Assembly: GCA_963770895.1 (NCBI GenBank)
Contig: CAVYRF010000002.1
Span: 288,001-352,000, forward strand
DNA length: 64,000 bases
Direction: 5' to 3'
Source: an uncultured Acidobacteriota bacterium
Lineage (GTDB): Bacteria > Acidobacteriota > Thermoanaerobaculia > Multivoradales > UBA5704
The translations under genes and the position numbers were made by a program. Position 1 is the stretch's first letter, and every line of letters starts with the position of its first letter. Positions 32,960 through 45,607 of this stretch are shown here, piece by piece. The notes beneath the pieces were generated by a model. That model made no database searches and was not told where the DNA came from. It saw only the letters and a list, made by a program, of their open reading frames with translations.

Positions 32960-33080
32960 TCCGGGAGCCAGGCTCCCGCGGCCGGAACCGGCCCGCGCGC
33001 AGGCGGGGACCAGCGCCGGTAGCAACTGCGCGAGCCGTGCCAGCGCACTCCCTATCGACCCTGGCCTTGAGCGCCGGCCG

Positions 33081-33533
33081 TCAACCGGCGGCCGCATCGC
33101 CGCCGGCGGCGGGCTCCGTCGCCAGCTGCGCGCGCAGCGCCTCGGGGATGGGGATCGGCAAGATGCCCTGGGGGGCGTTCAGCACCGAGCAGACGGTGGT
33201 GGTGCGCCCGCGCGCCACCGGCGTGCCGGCATGCGACAGCAGGAAGGAGAAGGTCAGCGAGGTGCGGCCCACGCGCTCGACGCGCAGGTGGACGTCCACC
33301 AGGTCGCCGAACCGCACCGGCGACAGAAACTCGCACGACGCGGCGACGCGCGGCCAGCCGACCACCCGGCCGTCGGGTTGCGGACCGGCGCCCGGATCGG
33401 CGCCCAGCGCGCGCAGCATGTCGTGCTCGCAGATCTCCATGAAGACAAAGAAACGCGAGAAGTGGGCGATGCCACCCGCGTCGGTGTCGGAAAACTCCAC
33501 TCTGCGGCGGATGCGATATTCATGAAGGGTCAT
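33081..33533 (-). CDS. Acyl-CoA thioesterase (4HBT-like hotdog fold)
   Basis: RRVEFSDTDAGGIAHFSRFF..ME, WPRV...CEF.SP.RFGD. Confidence 0.9.
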   Translation of the reverse strand: MTLHEYRIRRRVEFSDTDAGGIAHFSRFFVFMEICEHDMLRALGADPGAGPQPDGRVVGWPRVAASCEFLSPVRFGDLVDVHLRVERVGRTSLTFSFLLSHAGTPVARGRTTTVCSVLNAPQGILPIPIPEALRAQLATEPAAGGDAAAG

Positions 33534-33557
33534 GACGGTGGTGCATAATACCGCCCC

Positions 33558-34193
33558 ATGCGCGTTTCCAGGCTGTGCGGCTTCGCGCTCGACGTGCTGG
33601 CCGTGGCGCTCGCCGTGCTGTTCTTCGCCGCCGCCATCCCGCCGGCGCTGCAGAGGACCTGTCAGCTGCTGCAAGCCGAAGCAGCGCTGGCCGGCGAAAG
33701 CCTGACCGCCTCGCGCGCCCGCATGTACGGTCCCGCCTACGTGCAGGCGATCGACCAGATCCGCGCCGCCATCGATCCCGACGAACCCTACCTGCTGGTC
33801 GAAGCAGGAGGCCCGCGCCAGGGCGGCGTCTACTGGGTGCGCTACGACCTGGCCCCGCGCCGCGCCATCTTTCTAGGCCGCCTTGACGAGCTGACGCCAC
33901 GCGATCTGCGGCGCATCCAGGGCGCCAACCTCCGCCACGTCGTCGTCGCCCTGGGTCCCGGCCCGCCCCCGCGCCTCTTCGACCGCTTCGCCTTCCGCGA
34001 CCTGCTGGACCGCCGCGCCGCGGCCATCGGCTCGGAGAGGCAGGACGCCGCGTCACCCGACAAGCCATCGACCGGCGGCACCCCGCAAGACACAGGGCCG
34101 CCAAGCGCGAATAAGCCACCGGCCGGTGGCGCCCCCCCCGCTGCCGCGGCGCGCGCCCCCGCCGCTGGCGCCACCGCCCCGCATGCTCCGTGA
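33558..34193 (+). CDS. Hypothetical membrane-anchored protein
   Basis: N-terminal TM helix, YWVRYDLAPRR motif, Pro/Ala tail; overlaps the start of the next gene. Confidence 0.7.
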   Translation: MRVSRLCGFALDVLAVALAVLFFAAAIPPALQRTCQLLQAEAALAGESLTASRARMYGPAYVQAIDQIRAAIDPDEPYLLVEAGGPRQGGVYWVRYDLAPRRAIFLGRLDELTPRDLRRIQGANLRHVVVALGPGPPPRLFDRFAFRDLLDRRAAAIGSERQDAASPDKPSTGGTPQDTGPPSANKPPAGGAPPAAAARAPAAGATAPHAP

Positions 34194-36093
34194 GGCGGCC
34201 CACGGCCTTCTCGCGCTGGCCGGTCCGCTGGGCGCGATCCTGCTGTTCGCCCTGCCGGGCTGGGCGCTGACCGAGCTCTTCCCCGCTTTGCGCCGGCGCG
34301 CGCCGGCACGCCGCGCCGCCTTTGGCTATCTGCTGGGCGTGGGCACGGTCGCGGCAGCACTGTTTCTGTTGTCGCACGTCTTCGGCGTCCCGCTGCGCCC
34401 GCCAGCGATCTGGGCGGCGGTGGCCGTGCCGACCGTGGCCGGCGCCACGGCTGCGGCGCTGAGGCGTGTCCTTGGCCGGGATCGGGGCCGGAACCGGGAC
34501 CAGCAACCGCATCCGCATGCCAGCCTGCCCCCTGAAGCGCATGCCACAGCCTCCGACGGCGCCGCGGCGATCCTCGCCGCCGCAGTCCGGGCAAACGCCC
34601 ACGACGACGCCGAGCGTGGCCACCCGCACCGCCCGCGCTTCGGCGCCGCCGGGGCGGCCCGCGGGCGCCGGTGGTCGCTCTGGTTGCAGGCGGCAGCGGC
34701 CGCCGCCGCGGCGCTCATCTGCTGCGGCGTGCTGGCGGAGGCGGCGATCAACCCGGTGCACGATTGGGACGGCCGCATGACCTGGGACACCCAGGCGCGC
34801 TACCTGCGGGCGGCGGCGACGGTCGATGCGCCGGTGCTGCAGAACGAGCGCTGGTTTGTCACCCATCCGCAGTACCCGCCGCTTCTGCCGCTGGCCCAGG
34901 TGGCGGTGCTGGAAGTCTTCCACGCCGACCCGGACAGCCACCTGATCCGCGCCGTCTATGCCGCCTTCCTGCCCGTCCTGCTGCTGCTGGTCTACGACGG
35001 CGCCCGGCCGGCCGCCGGCGCGACGCTCGCCGCCTGGACGGCCCTGGCGGCCGCCGTCATCCCCTTTTTCACCATCGGCGAGGGCGGAGCCTTCAGCACC
35101 TACAGCGACCTGCCGCTGGCCTGCTTCTACGGCGCCGCGCTGCTGCTGCTGCTGAGCCCGCGCCCGCGGATCGCCGACGGGGTGGCCGCCGGCCTGCTGC
35201 TCGCCGCCGCGACGCTCGCCAAGAACGAGGGGATCGCCCTTGCCGTGCTCGCCGTGGCGATCGGCTGGCGCGCCAGCGCCGCCGCGGCAAGGTCGGCCGC
35301 TTCTGCGGCCGCTGCTCGTGTCGCTGCTTCCCCTGTCGGTTCCTCCGCCTGCCCTCCCGCCGTTGCTTCTCCGGCTTCGGCTACTTCCGTTGCTGCTGCT
35401 GGCGCTGCCGATACTGCTGTCTTTGGCACTGCCATCGCTTCCGCCTCCGTCACCGCTCCCGCCAGACGGCGGCGGCGCGCCGCCTGGCGCGGCGGCCTGC
35501 CGCGCCATCTGGCGTTGGTGCGCATCGTCACTGCGGCCCTGGGCGTGGCGTTGGCGTTTGCGCTGCTAGCGTCGTGGCGCGCCGACATCCCCAACCGCCA
35601 GGACGAGGGGTACACCGACCTGTTGCGCACGTCCGACCTGGGCCGGGCAACGCTCACGCGGGTCGCGGTGTTCGGCCCGGTGCTGCTGCGCCAGATGCTG
35701 CGCATGCGCCAGTGGGCGGGGTTCTGGCTGATGGCTCCGGCGCTGCTGCTGGCCGGGCGCCGCGCCCTGCGGCACCCGCGCGCGCGGCGCTGGGCGGTGG
35801 CTGCGGCCGGGCCGCTGCTGCTGGGCTGCGCCGCCTATTCGGTCAGCGTCGAGCCGCGCATCGTCGCCGCCGTGACCTGGGAGCGGTTTCTGTTACAAGG
35901 GTCCGTACCGGTACTGCTGCTGCTCGCCGCCGCCGCCGCAGAAGTCGCCAGGCACCTTTCCAGACGACGGGCGGCGGCAGGCCCGGTGGCAGGGCCGGCG
36001 GCGGGGCCGGCGGCAAACGACGCCGCCACCGGCCCGAGCGCGCCGGCGGGCGATTACGGCGGGAAGGCGGAGTTGTCCAGCCCGCCGCAGTAG
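34183..36093 (+). CDS. GT-C superfamily (ArnT/PMT-like) polytopic glycosyltransferase
   Basis: WDGRMTW..QAR, HPQYPPLLP, YSDLPLA, KNEG and many TM helices; two low-complexity inserts. Confidence 0.72.
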   Translation: MLREAAHGLLALAGPLGAILLFALPGWALTELFPALRRRAPARRAAFGYLLGVGTVAAALFLLSHVFGVPLRPPAIWAAVAVPTVAGATAAALRRVLGRDRGRNRDQQPHPHASLPPEAHATASDGAAAILAAAVRANAHDDAERGHPHRPRFGAAGAARGRRWSLWLQAAAAAAAALICCGVLAEAAINPVHDWDGRMTWDTQARYLRAAATVDAPVLQNERWFVTHPQYPPLLPLAQVAVLEVFHADPDSHLIRAVYAAFLPVLLLLVYDGARPAAGATLAAWTALAAAVIPFFTIGEGGAFSTYSDLPLACFYGAALLLLLSPRPRIADGVAAGLLLAAATLAKNEGIALAVLAVAIGWRASAAAARSAASAAAARVAASPVGSSACPPAVASPASATSVAAAGAADTAVFGTAIASASVTAPARRRRRAAWRGGLPRHLALVRIVTAALGVALAFALLASWRADIPNRQDEGYTDLLRTSDLGRATLTRVAVFGPVLLRQMLRMRQWAGFWLMAPALLLAGRRALRHPRARRWAVAAAGPLLLGCAAYSVSVEPRIVAAVTWERFLLQGSVPVLLLLAAAAAEVARHLSRRRAAAGPVAGPAAGPAANDAATGPSAPAGDYGGKAELSSPPQ

Positions 36094-38210
36094 GTCCCGG
36101 CGGGATTGGTGTAGGTCTTGGTGGTGCCGCCGATGGTGTCGGTGACGGTGATCGTGTACTGGTAGTCGGATAGCGCGCCGTAGTAGAAGGCGACCCGATC
36201 GGAGAACTCCACCACCTTCATCACCAGCTCGATGGTCGAAGGATCGGTGAAGGTGAAGAATCCCGACTGGTCGCTCAGCGACCCGGCCTGGCCGGTGCCG
36301 GAGGTGTCGTTGAACTGGTTCATCCAGGTCGTGGTCACCGCGAAGCGACGGTCGAGAAGGCAGAGCGTCCCCTTGCCCGGCACGCAGGTGCCGCGCGTGC
36401 TGGCCTGCGGCGCCGGCACGGTGCTCTTGGTGCCGATCTGCGGCGTGGCGCTGAAGGCGTTCTGGTCGATTGCGCCGCAATCGCCGGGGGTGTTGGAGTA
36501 GGTCTGGACCGTGCCGTCCAACGTGTCGGTCACCGTGATGGTGAACTGAAGGTCGGTCAGCTCGGTGTAGTAGACGTTGATCGAACCGTTGACGTTGAGG
36601 ATCTTGACCACCAGCTCGTAGTTGGACGGATCGAAAAAGTCGAAATAGCCGGTGTTGTCGGTGCCCCGGATCGCATTGCCGACGCCCGAGGTGTTGTTGA
36701 ACTGGTTGGTGTAGGTGACCTGCACCTGGAAGCGCTGGTCCAGCAGGCACAGGGTGGTCGAATTGGGAAAGCACACCGAAGGCCTGCCGCTGCCGCCCGG
36801 CGCCAGAAATGGCTGCAGCGCCGAAAAGCTGTACCAGAAGGCCCCGTCCAGCGTCCACTGCGCCGGGCTGCAATCGTTGTCGGAGCCGCAGCCGCCGTAC
36901 AGCTGGCCAACGACCGACCCGTCCGCCAGCATCGCCGCCGATCCCGAGCTGCCGCCGAAGGTGCCGCCGGTCACCAGGTCCGAATAGACAAAGTAAGGCC
37001 CCTGGCAAGCCGGATCGGTGGTGTCGACCTTGGTCACGTTGTAGTTCTGCGGCTCGCCGTTGGGGTTGGACAGCCGGTAGAGCAGCGTCCCGTTGGACAC
37101 CGCGTCCTGATCGGCGTCCCAGCCCAGGAAGCTGCGACCGGCGGGGATGGACGACAGCTTCATCAGGGTGAAGTCGCTGCTGGTGTTGGCGTCGCCGGTC
37201 GCCAGCAGGGTTGCGCCGCTCGCCGTGGGCAGCGTGCTCATGTCGGGAGCCGCGCCGTTGCAGCTGGGCGTGTAGTAGTCGAACCAGGCCTGCAGCGAAG
37301 CGGCGCCGCCGGAATCCGAAACGCAGTGGTTGGCGGTCAGCATGTAGGGGGTCTGGTCGTTCGCCGTGTCGTTGAGCAGCTCGCCGGTGCACTGCGCGCC
37401 CTCGCCCTGTTCGACGAACTCGATGATGGCGACCGCGTGCCGGGCGGCGTCGTAGCCGGAAAAGTCGCTGTCGTTGTAACAGCTGGCGTCCTGGTTGCAG
37501 CTGTCGTCCTTGGGTTTGGCGCCGGCCTGGTCGGCGCTGCCGGTCTGCACCAGCTCCAGCACCTGGTCGACTTTGAAGCCGAACGCCGCCTGCTTGCCGG
37601 CCAGCGCCTTGGCTGGCAGCTGCACGTCGACCGCGATCTCGTCGCCGGCGACGCTGGGGGTCCACAGACTGCCGTCGGGGGCGATCATCTCGCGCCCGAA
37701 GGGGCCGACCGTCTGGGCGGTGCCGTGCACCCAGATCTGGGCGCCGGCCGGCAGCCGCACGCCCGCCAGGTGCAGGCGCAGGCGATAGGCATCGTCGACG
37801 TGCACCGAGCCGCCCCACGCAACCGACGACAGCGACGTCTGCACCAGCAGGCCGCCGCCCTGCGGGCTGGTCGCCTTGGCGGCCAGCGCGGCGGTGATCT
37901 CGACCTGCTGCGGCGCCGGCAGCGCGCGCGCGAAGCCGTTGTGGAGCGGCCGGTGGTGCGCCTCGTTCCAGGCGCGCAGCGCCGCCACCTGGCCGGCCGC
38001 GGCGGTCGCCGAGGCCTGCAGGTGGGCGAGCGGCGCCAGGCCGTATTGCGCCGCGATGTGCGGCGCGGCGGCAGCGGCGGCGGCCTGCCCTGACGCCGCG
38101 GCGGCAGCCGGCGCGGCAGCGGCCTTGGGGACGAAGGTGGGGGCGCGCTGGGCGAACGCCAGCGACGGCAGCAGCAGGGTAAGGGCGAACAGAGCGATTC
38201 GTCGATTCAT
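36054..38210 (-). CDS. Secreted trypsin-like (lysyl-endopeptidase-like S1) protease with two C-terminal repeat domains
   Basis: Signal peptide MNRRIALF, CTGELLN, LTANHC, DFTLMKL, GGSSGS; two LCLLD.RF.V...ELV(V/M)K...ITVTDT domains. Confidence 0.88.
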   Translation of the reverse strand: MNRRIALFALTLLLPSLAFAQRAPTFVPKAAAAPAAAAASGQAAAAAAAPHIAAQYGLAPLAHLQASATAAAGQVAALRAWNEAHHRPLHNGFARALPAPQQVEITAALAAKATSPQGGGLLVQTSLSSVAWGGSVHVDDAYRLRLHLAGVRLPAGAQIWVHGTAQTVGPFGREMIAPDGSLWTPSVAGDEIAVDVQLPAKALAGKQAAFGFKVDQVLELVQTGSADQAGAKPKDDSCNQDASCYNDSDFSGYDAARHAVAIIEFVEQGEGAQCTGELLNDTANDQTPYMLTANHCVSDSGGAASLQAWFDYYTPSCNGAAPDMSTLPTASGATLLATGDANTSSDFTLMKLSSIPAGRSFLGWDADQDAVSNGTLLYRLSNPNGEPQNYNVTKVDTTDPACQGPYFVYSDLVTGGTFGGSSGSAAMLADGSVVGQLYGGCGSDNDCSPAQWTLDGAFWYSFSALQPFLAPGGSGRPSVCFPNSTTLCLLDQRFQVQVTYTNQFNNTSGVGNAIRGTDNTGYFDFFDPSNYELVVKILNVNGSINVYYTELTDLQFTITVTDTLDGTVQTYSNTPGDCGAIDQNAFSATPQIGTKSTVPAPQASTRGTCVPGKGTLCLLDRRFAVTTTWMNQFNDTSGTGQAGSLSDQSGFFTFTDPSTIELVMKVVEFSDRVAFYYGALSDYQYTITVTDTIGGTTKTYTNPAGTYCGGLDNSAFPP

Positions 38211-38472
38211 GGTCTCTCCAAAAGGCCGGTCATCCCGCGACGGCGCATTTCTGATTGGCAAGCGGCAGATCGGAAGCGCTAATTTACCACTCCAATTGCC
38301 ATAGGAGCAAGATTCACTCACTCTGCAAATTCTGACGCTCCTGCTTGCCGCGCCCCGGCACGGATCCTCGATCCACTTCCACCCGACACAGCGAATGCAA
38401 CCTGGTTTGAGCCTGCAAGCCATGGACCAGCGGGCCGCCAGGGCGGGCGGCGCATGCTAGCATCCGGGCGCC

Positions 38473-40908
<2,436 letters not shown>

Positions 40909-40982
40909 TCAGAATCTCGCGGCCCGCGCCGGTCGCTGTTGCCGTGGCGGCGGCGCGGGTCTGGCCCCAGGAGGTGAGCTCG

Positions 40983-41816
40983 TTGGAATCGACCCTTGAC
41001 GTCGCGGACATCCGCCCGCGCCACTTCGGCTGGGAGGTCGCCGATCGCGTGGCGGTCGTCACCCTGGACCGGCCGGAGCGCCGCAACCCGCTCACCTTCG
41101 AGTCGTACCGCGAGCTGGCCGCCACCTTCCACGCCCTGGCCCACGTGCCCGCCGTGCGCGCCGTGGTGCTGACCGGCTCCGGCGGCAATTTCTGCTCCGG
41201 CGGCGACGTGCACGACATCATCGGCCCGCTGGTGGCGATGAAGCAGGCGGGGCGCATGGACCAGCTGCTCGACTTCACCCACCTGACCGGCGACCTGGTC
41301 AAGGCCATGCGCGGCTGCCCGCAGCCGATCGTCGCCGCGGTCGACGGCACCTGCGCCGGCGCCGGCGCCATCCTGGCCATGGCGGCCGACCTGCGGCTGG
41401 GCACCGCGCGCAGCAAGGTGGCGTTCCTGTTCACCCGCGTCGGCCTGTCCGGCGCCGACATGGGCGCCTGCGCCATCCTGCCGCGCATCGTCGGCCAGGG
41501 GCGCGCCGCCGAGCTGCTCTACACCGGCCGCGCCATGCCCGGCGAAGAGGCCGAGCGCTGGGGCTTCTACAACCGCCTGGCCGCGCCGGAATCCCTGCTG
41601 GCCGAAGCGCGCGAGCTGGCGGCGACGCTCGCCCACGGCCCCACCTTCGCCCACGCCATGACCAAGCGCGCCTTGGACCAGGAATGGAACATGGGCATCG
41701 CCGAAGCCATCGAAGCCGAGGCCCAGACCCAGGCCCTCTGCATGCAAACCGAAGACTTCGCCCGCGCTTACCGCGCCTTCGTGGCGCGCCAGAAGCCGGT
41801 CTTCGAAGGCAACTGA
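40983..41816 (+). CDS. Enoyl-CoA hydratase/isomerase family protein
   Basis: [38 protein letters not shown]; TTG start after GGAGG. Confidence 0.9.
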   Translation: MESTLDVADIRPRHFGWEVADRVAVVTLDRPERRNPLTFESYRELAATFHALAHVPAVRAVVLTGSGGNFCSGGDVHDIIGPLVAMKQAGRMDQLLDFTHLTGDLVKAMRGCPQPIVAAVDGTCAGAGAILAMAADLRLGTARSKVAFLFTRVGLSGADMGACAILPRIVGQGRAAELLYTGRAMPGEEAERWGFYNRLAAPESLLAEARELAATLAHGPTFAHAMTKRALDQEWNMGIAEAIEAEAQTQALCMQTEDFARAYRAFVARQKPVFEGN

Positions 41817-41996
41817 CGACAAGGCTGCGCCAGTGGCCCGCCCGGTTCATTCGCTTGGTAGTCGCGCCGCAATCCGGTCCTCTGGCCAGGCGCGCCGACG
41901 CAGGCATAGTCGAACGTATGTCGAGGAGGCGCAACGCCGCCAGAGGGCCGGAGGGCAAGCGAATACCATGCGAATTAATCGGGCGGGACACTAGTC

Positions 41997-43340
41997 ATGG
42001 CCGACACCACCTTTCTTGCCTGGCCGTTTTTCGAAGACTCCCACCGCGCCCTGGCGCGCGACGTTGCCGCCTGGTGGCGGCAGCACGGCGCCGCGCTGCC
42101 CGACGGCGAGCCGCGCCACGACGACGGCGCGACCCGCGGCAGCGCGCCGCACGCCGGCGGGGCGGCCGATCCGCCGGCAGCGGGCGCCGGCGACGACGCC
42201 TGGACCGCCTGCCGGCAGATCGTGCGGCGGTTGGGCGAAGCGGGGTGGCTGCGCTACGCGGTGCCTTTGGCGGCCGCAGCGCACCCTGCGGGCACTGCGG
42301 ACAGTGCGGAGACCGCGACAGCGGCCGCCGCCGCAACCGTTCCATCGCAGCCCGGCGCGCTCGACGTGCGCACGCTGTGCCTGTTGCGCGAAACCCTGGC
42401 GCGCGGCTCGGCGCTGGCCGACTTCGCCTTTGCCCTGCAGGGGCTGGGGAGCGGTCCGCTGTCGCTCTTCGGGTCCGACGAACAGCGGCGGCGCTACCTG
42501 CCGGGGGTGGCCGCCGGCACCGCCATTCCGGCGTTCGCGCTGTCCGAGGCGGCGGCCGGCTCCGACGTCGCCGCCATGCGCACCACCGCGCGGCGCGCCG
42601 GCGACGGCTACGTGATCGACGGCGAGAAGACCTGGATCTCCAACGCCGGCATCGCCGATTTCTACGTCGTGTTCTGCCGCCTGCCCGAAGGCGGCGAAAG
42701 GTCGTACGCCGCCCTGCTGGTGGATGCCGCCAACCCCGGCTGCAAGGTCGTCGAGCGGCTGCACGTGATCTCCCCCCATCCGCTCGGCACCGTGGCCTTC
42801 ACCGGCTGCCAGGTGTCCGAAAGCGCCCTGGTCGGCGAGCCCGGCGGCGGCATGCGGGTGGCGCTGGCGACGCTCGACGTGTTTCGTCCCACCGTCGGCG
42901 CCGCCGCCCTGGGTCTGGCGCGCCGCGCCCTCGACGAGGCCGCGGCCCACGCCCGCACCCGCCAGGTCTTCGGCCAGGCGCTGGCCGCCCACCAGCTCAC
43001 CCAGGCCAAGCTGGCCGACATGGCCACAGCCGTCGACGCCAGCGCGCTGCTGGTCTACCGCGCCGCCTGGCTGCGCGATCGCGGCGGCGCCTCGCGAATC
43101 ACCCGCGAAGCGGCCATGGCCAAGCTCTTCGCCACCGAAGCGGCGCAGCGCGTCATCGACGACGCGGTGCAGATCCTGGGCGCCCGCGGCGTCGCGGCGG
43201 GCGCACCGGTCGAGCGCCTCTACCGCGAGATCCGCGCCCTGCGCATCTACGAAGGCGCCAGCGAGATCCAGCGCCTGGTCATCGCCGGCCAGCTGCTCAA
43301 GGCCTGCGCCGCGGAGGCACACGATGCCGACCCCCGCTGA
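41997..43340 (+). CDS. Acyl-CoA dehydrogenase family protein
   Basis: [41 protein letters not shown]. Confidence 0.92.
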   Translation: MADTTFLAWPFFEDSHRALARDVAAWWRQHGAALPDGEPRHDDGATRGSAPHAGGAADPPAAGAGDDAWTACRQIVRRLGEAGWLRYAVPLAAAAHPAGTADSAETATAAAAATVPSQPGALDVRTLCLLRETLARGSALADFAFALQGLGSGPLSLFGSDEQRRRYLPGVAAGTAIPAFALSEAAAGSDVAAMRTTARRAGDGYVIDGEKTWISNAGIADFYVVFCRLPEGGERSYAALLVDAANPGCKVVERLHVISPHPLGTVAFTGCQVSESALVGEPGGGMRVALATLDVFRPTVGAAALGLARRALDEAAAHARTRQVFGQALAAHQLTQAKLADMATAVDASALLVYRAAWLRDRGGASRITREAAMAKLFATEAAQRVIDDAVQILGARGVAAGAPVERLYREIRALRIYEGASEIQRLVIAGQLLKACAAEAHDADPR

Positions 43341-45084
43341 CCGCGATCGCCCGGCCGCCGCCGACCCGCCGGGCACTGCCGCGCCGAACACCGCGCCCGG
43401 CGGCCCCAGCGCGCACCGCGATCCGTTCTGCCGCCAGGCCCTGCCGCCGCGCGAGCTGTGGCCCGAGATGCGCTACGGCCTGCCCGAGCTGGCCTATCCC
43501 GACCGCCTCAACAGCGCCGTCGAGCTGCTCGACGCCCGCGTCGCCGCCGGCGACGGCGAGCGCATCGCCATCCACTCCCCCGGCGGCACCTGGACCTATC
43601 GCCAGCTGCTGGCGACTGCCAACCGCATCGCGCACGTGCTGGTCGAAGACCTGGGCGTCGTGCCGGGCAACCGCGTGCTGCTGCGCGGCGCCAACACGCC
43701 GATGCTGGCCGCCTGCTGGCTGGCGACGCTCAAGGCCGGCGCCGTGGCGGTCACCACCATGCCGCTGCTGCGCGTGCGCGAGCTGACCTACATCGCCGAC
43801 AAGGCCGAGGTCCAGCTGGCCCTGACCGACGCCCGCGTCGCCGCCGACTGCGAGCAGGCCATGCGCACCCGCGGCGACGGCGCCCCGCGCCCCGGCGCCC
43901 GCGTCGTCCACTTCGGCGGCGCCCAGCCTGAGCCGGCGGCTGACGGCAGCGACCCATCGGAATCGCCGGCAGCCGGCGGCTCCAGCCTGGACGACCTGGC
44001 CCGCGACAAGCCGGACGCCTTTACCAACTGCGACACCGCGGCCGACGACGTGGCGATCATCGCCTTCACCTCCGGCACCACCGGCAAGGGCAAGGGCACG
44101 ATGCACTTCCACCGCGACATCCTGGCCGCCGCCGACTGCTTTTCGGCCCACGTGCTGCGGCCGCGCCGCGACGACATCGTGTGCGGCTCGCCGCCGCTCG
44201 CCTTCACCTTCGGCCTGGGCGGCCTCATCCTCTTTCCGCTGCGCGTCGGCGCGGCCACCCTGCTGCTCGAGCAGGCGGCCCCGCCGCTGCTGCTGCAGGG
44301 CATCCAGCAGCACCGCGCCACCATCTGCTTTACCGCGCCCACCGCCTACCGCGCCATGTGCGCGCTGCTCGCCACCCACGACGTGTCGAGCCTGCGGGAA
44401 TGCGTCTCGGCTGGCGAAACGCTGCCTCGCGCCACCTTCGAAGCCTGGCAACAGGCCACCGGCATCAGGATCATCGACGGCATCGGCTCGACCGAGATGC
44501 TGCACATCTTCATCAGCGCCGCCGGCGACGACATCCGCCCCGGCTCGACCGGTAAGGCCGTCCCCGGCTACGAAGCCCGCGTCGTCGACGACGCCGGCCG
44601 CCCGCTGCCCCCCGGCACCGTCGGCCGCCTGGCAGTGCGCGGCCCCACCGGCTGCCGCTACCTGGACAACCTGGAGCGCCAGACCGCCTACGTCCAGGAC
44701 GGCTGGAACTTCACCGGCGACTCCTACCTCCAGGACGCCGACGGCTACTTCTGGTACCAGGCGCGCACCGACGACATGATCATTTCCGCCGGCCACAACA
44801 TCGCCGGCCCCGAGGTCGAAGCCGTCCTGCTGGAGCACCCCAAGGTCCGCGAATGCGGCGTCGTCGGCACCCCCGACCCCGACCGCGGCCACGTCGTCAC
44901 CGCCTTCGTCGTCCTGCAACCCGGCGCCGAGCCCGGCCCCGCCACCGTCAAAGAGCTGCAGGACTTCGTCAAGGCCGAGATCGCCCCCTACAAATACCCG
45001 CGCCGCATCGAGTTCCTGGAAGCCCTGCCGCGCACCGAAACCGGCAAGCTCCAGCGCTTCCGCCTGCGCGAGAGGCCCTCATGA
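43324..45084 (+). CDS. abmG: 2-aminobenzoate--CoA ligase (benzoate-CoA ligase family)
   Basis: [46 protein letters not shown]; cluster context. Confidence 0.85.
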   Translation: MPTPADRDRPAAADPPGTAAPNTAPGGPSAHRDPFCRQALPPRELWPEMRYGLPELAYPDRLNSAVELLDARVAAGDGERIAIHSPGGTWTYRQLLATANRIAHVLVEDLGVVPGNRVLLRGANTPMLAACWLATLKAGAVAVTTMPLLRVRELTYIADKAEVQLALTDARVAADCEQAMRTRGDGAPRPGARVVHFGGAQPEPAADGSDPSESPAAGGSSLDDLARDKPDAFTNCDTAADDVAIIAFTSGTTGKGKGTMHFHRDILAAADCFSAHVLRPRRDDIVCGSPPLAFTFGLGGLILFPLRVGAATLLLEQAAPPLLLQGIQQHRATICFTAPTAYRAMCALLATHDVSSLRECVSAGETLPRATFEAWQQATGIRIIDGIGSTEMLHIFISAAGDDIRPGSTGKAVPGYEARVVDDAGRPLPPGTVGRLAVRGPTGCRYLDNLERQTAYVQDGWNFTGDSYLQDADGYFWYQARTDDMIISAGHNIAGPEVEAVLLEHPKVRECGVVGTPDPDRGHVVTAFVVLQPGAEPGPATVKELQDFVKAEIAPYKYPRRIEFLEALPRTETGKLQRFRLRERPS

Positions 45085-45181
45085 CGCCGCGGCGCCGCCA
45101 CCGGCGCGCGCAACCTTTCCGCAGGCCGCGGCGCGTCCGTCGGCGCCAACGCCTCGATCTCGACCCATGCGAGCAGGTCCC

Positions 45182-45607
45182 ATGAAGCCGCCCACGCCCG
45201 ACCCCTTGCAGCTGCTGCAGCCCGCTGGATGGCCTCCGCCGCAAGGCTACGCCAACGGCATCGCCGGCCGCGGCCGCCTGCTCTTCATCGCCGGCCAGGT
45301 CGGCTGGAACCCCGTCACCTGCCTCTTTGAAACCGACGACCTCGCCGTCCAGACCGGCCAGGCCCTGGCCAACCTGGCCGCCGTCCTGCACGCCGGCGGC
45401 GCCCAGCCCCACCATCTGGCCCGCCTCACCTGGTACATCACCGACCGCGACGCCTACCTGTCCGCCCGCCCCGCCATCGGCGCCGCCTACCGCGCCCACC
45501 TGGGCCGCCACTACCCCTCCATGTCGCTGGTCGTCGTCGCCGCCCTGCTAGAGCCCCGCGCCAAGGTCGAGATCGAAGCCACCGCCCTCATCCCCGATCT
45601 GGCTTAG
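45182..45607 (+). CDS. RidA/YjgF family protein of the abm cluster
   Basis: LQPAGWPPPQGYANG, FIAGQVGW, AKVEIEATA. Confidence 0.88.
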   Translation: MKPPTPDPLQLLQPAGWPPPQGYANGIAGRGRLLFIAGQVGWNPVTCLFETDDLAVQTGQALANLAAVLHAGGAQPHHLARLTWYITDRDAYLSARPAIGAAYRAHLGRHYPSMSLVVVAALLEPRAKVEIEATALIPDLA

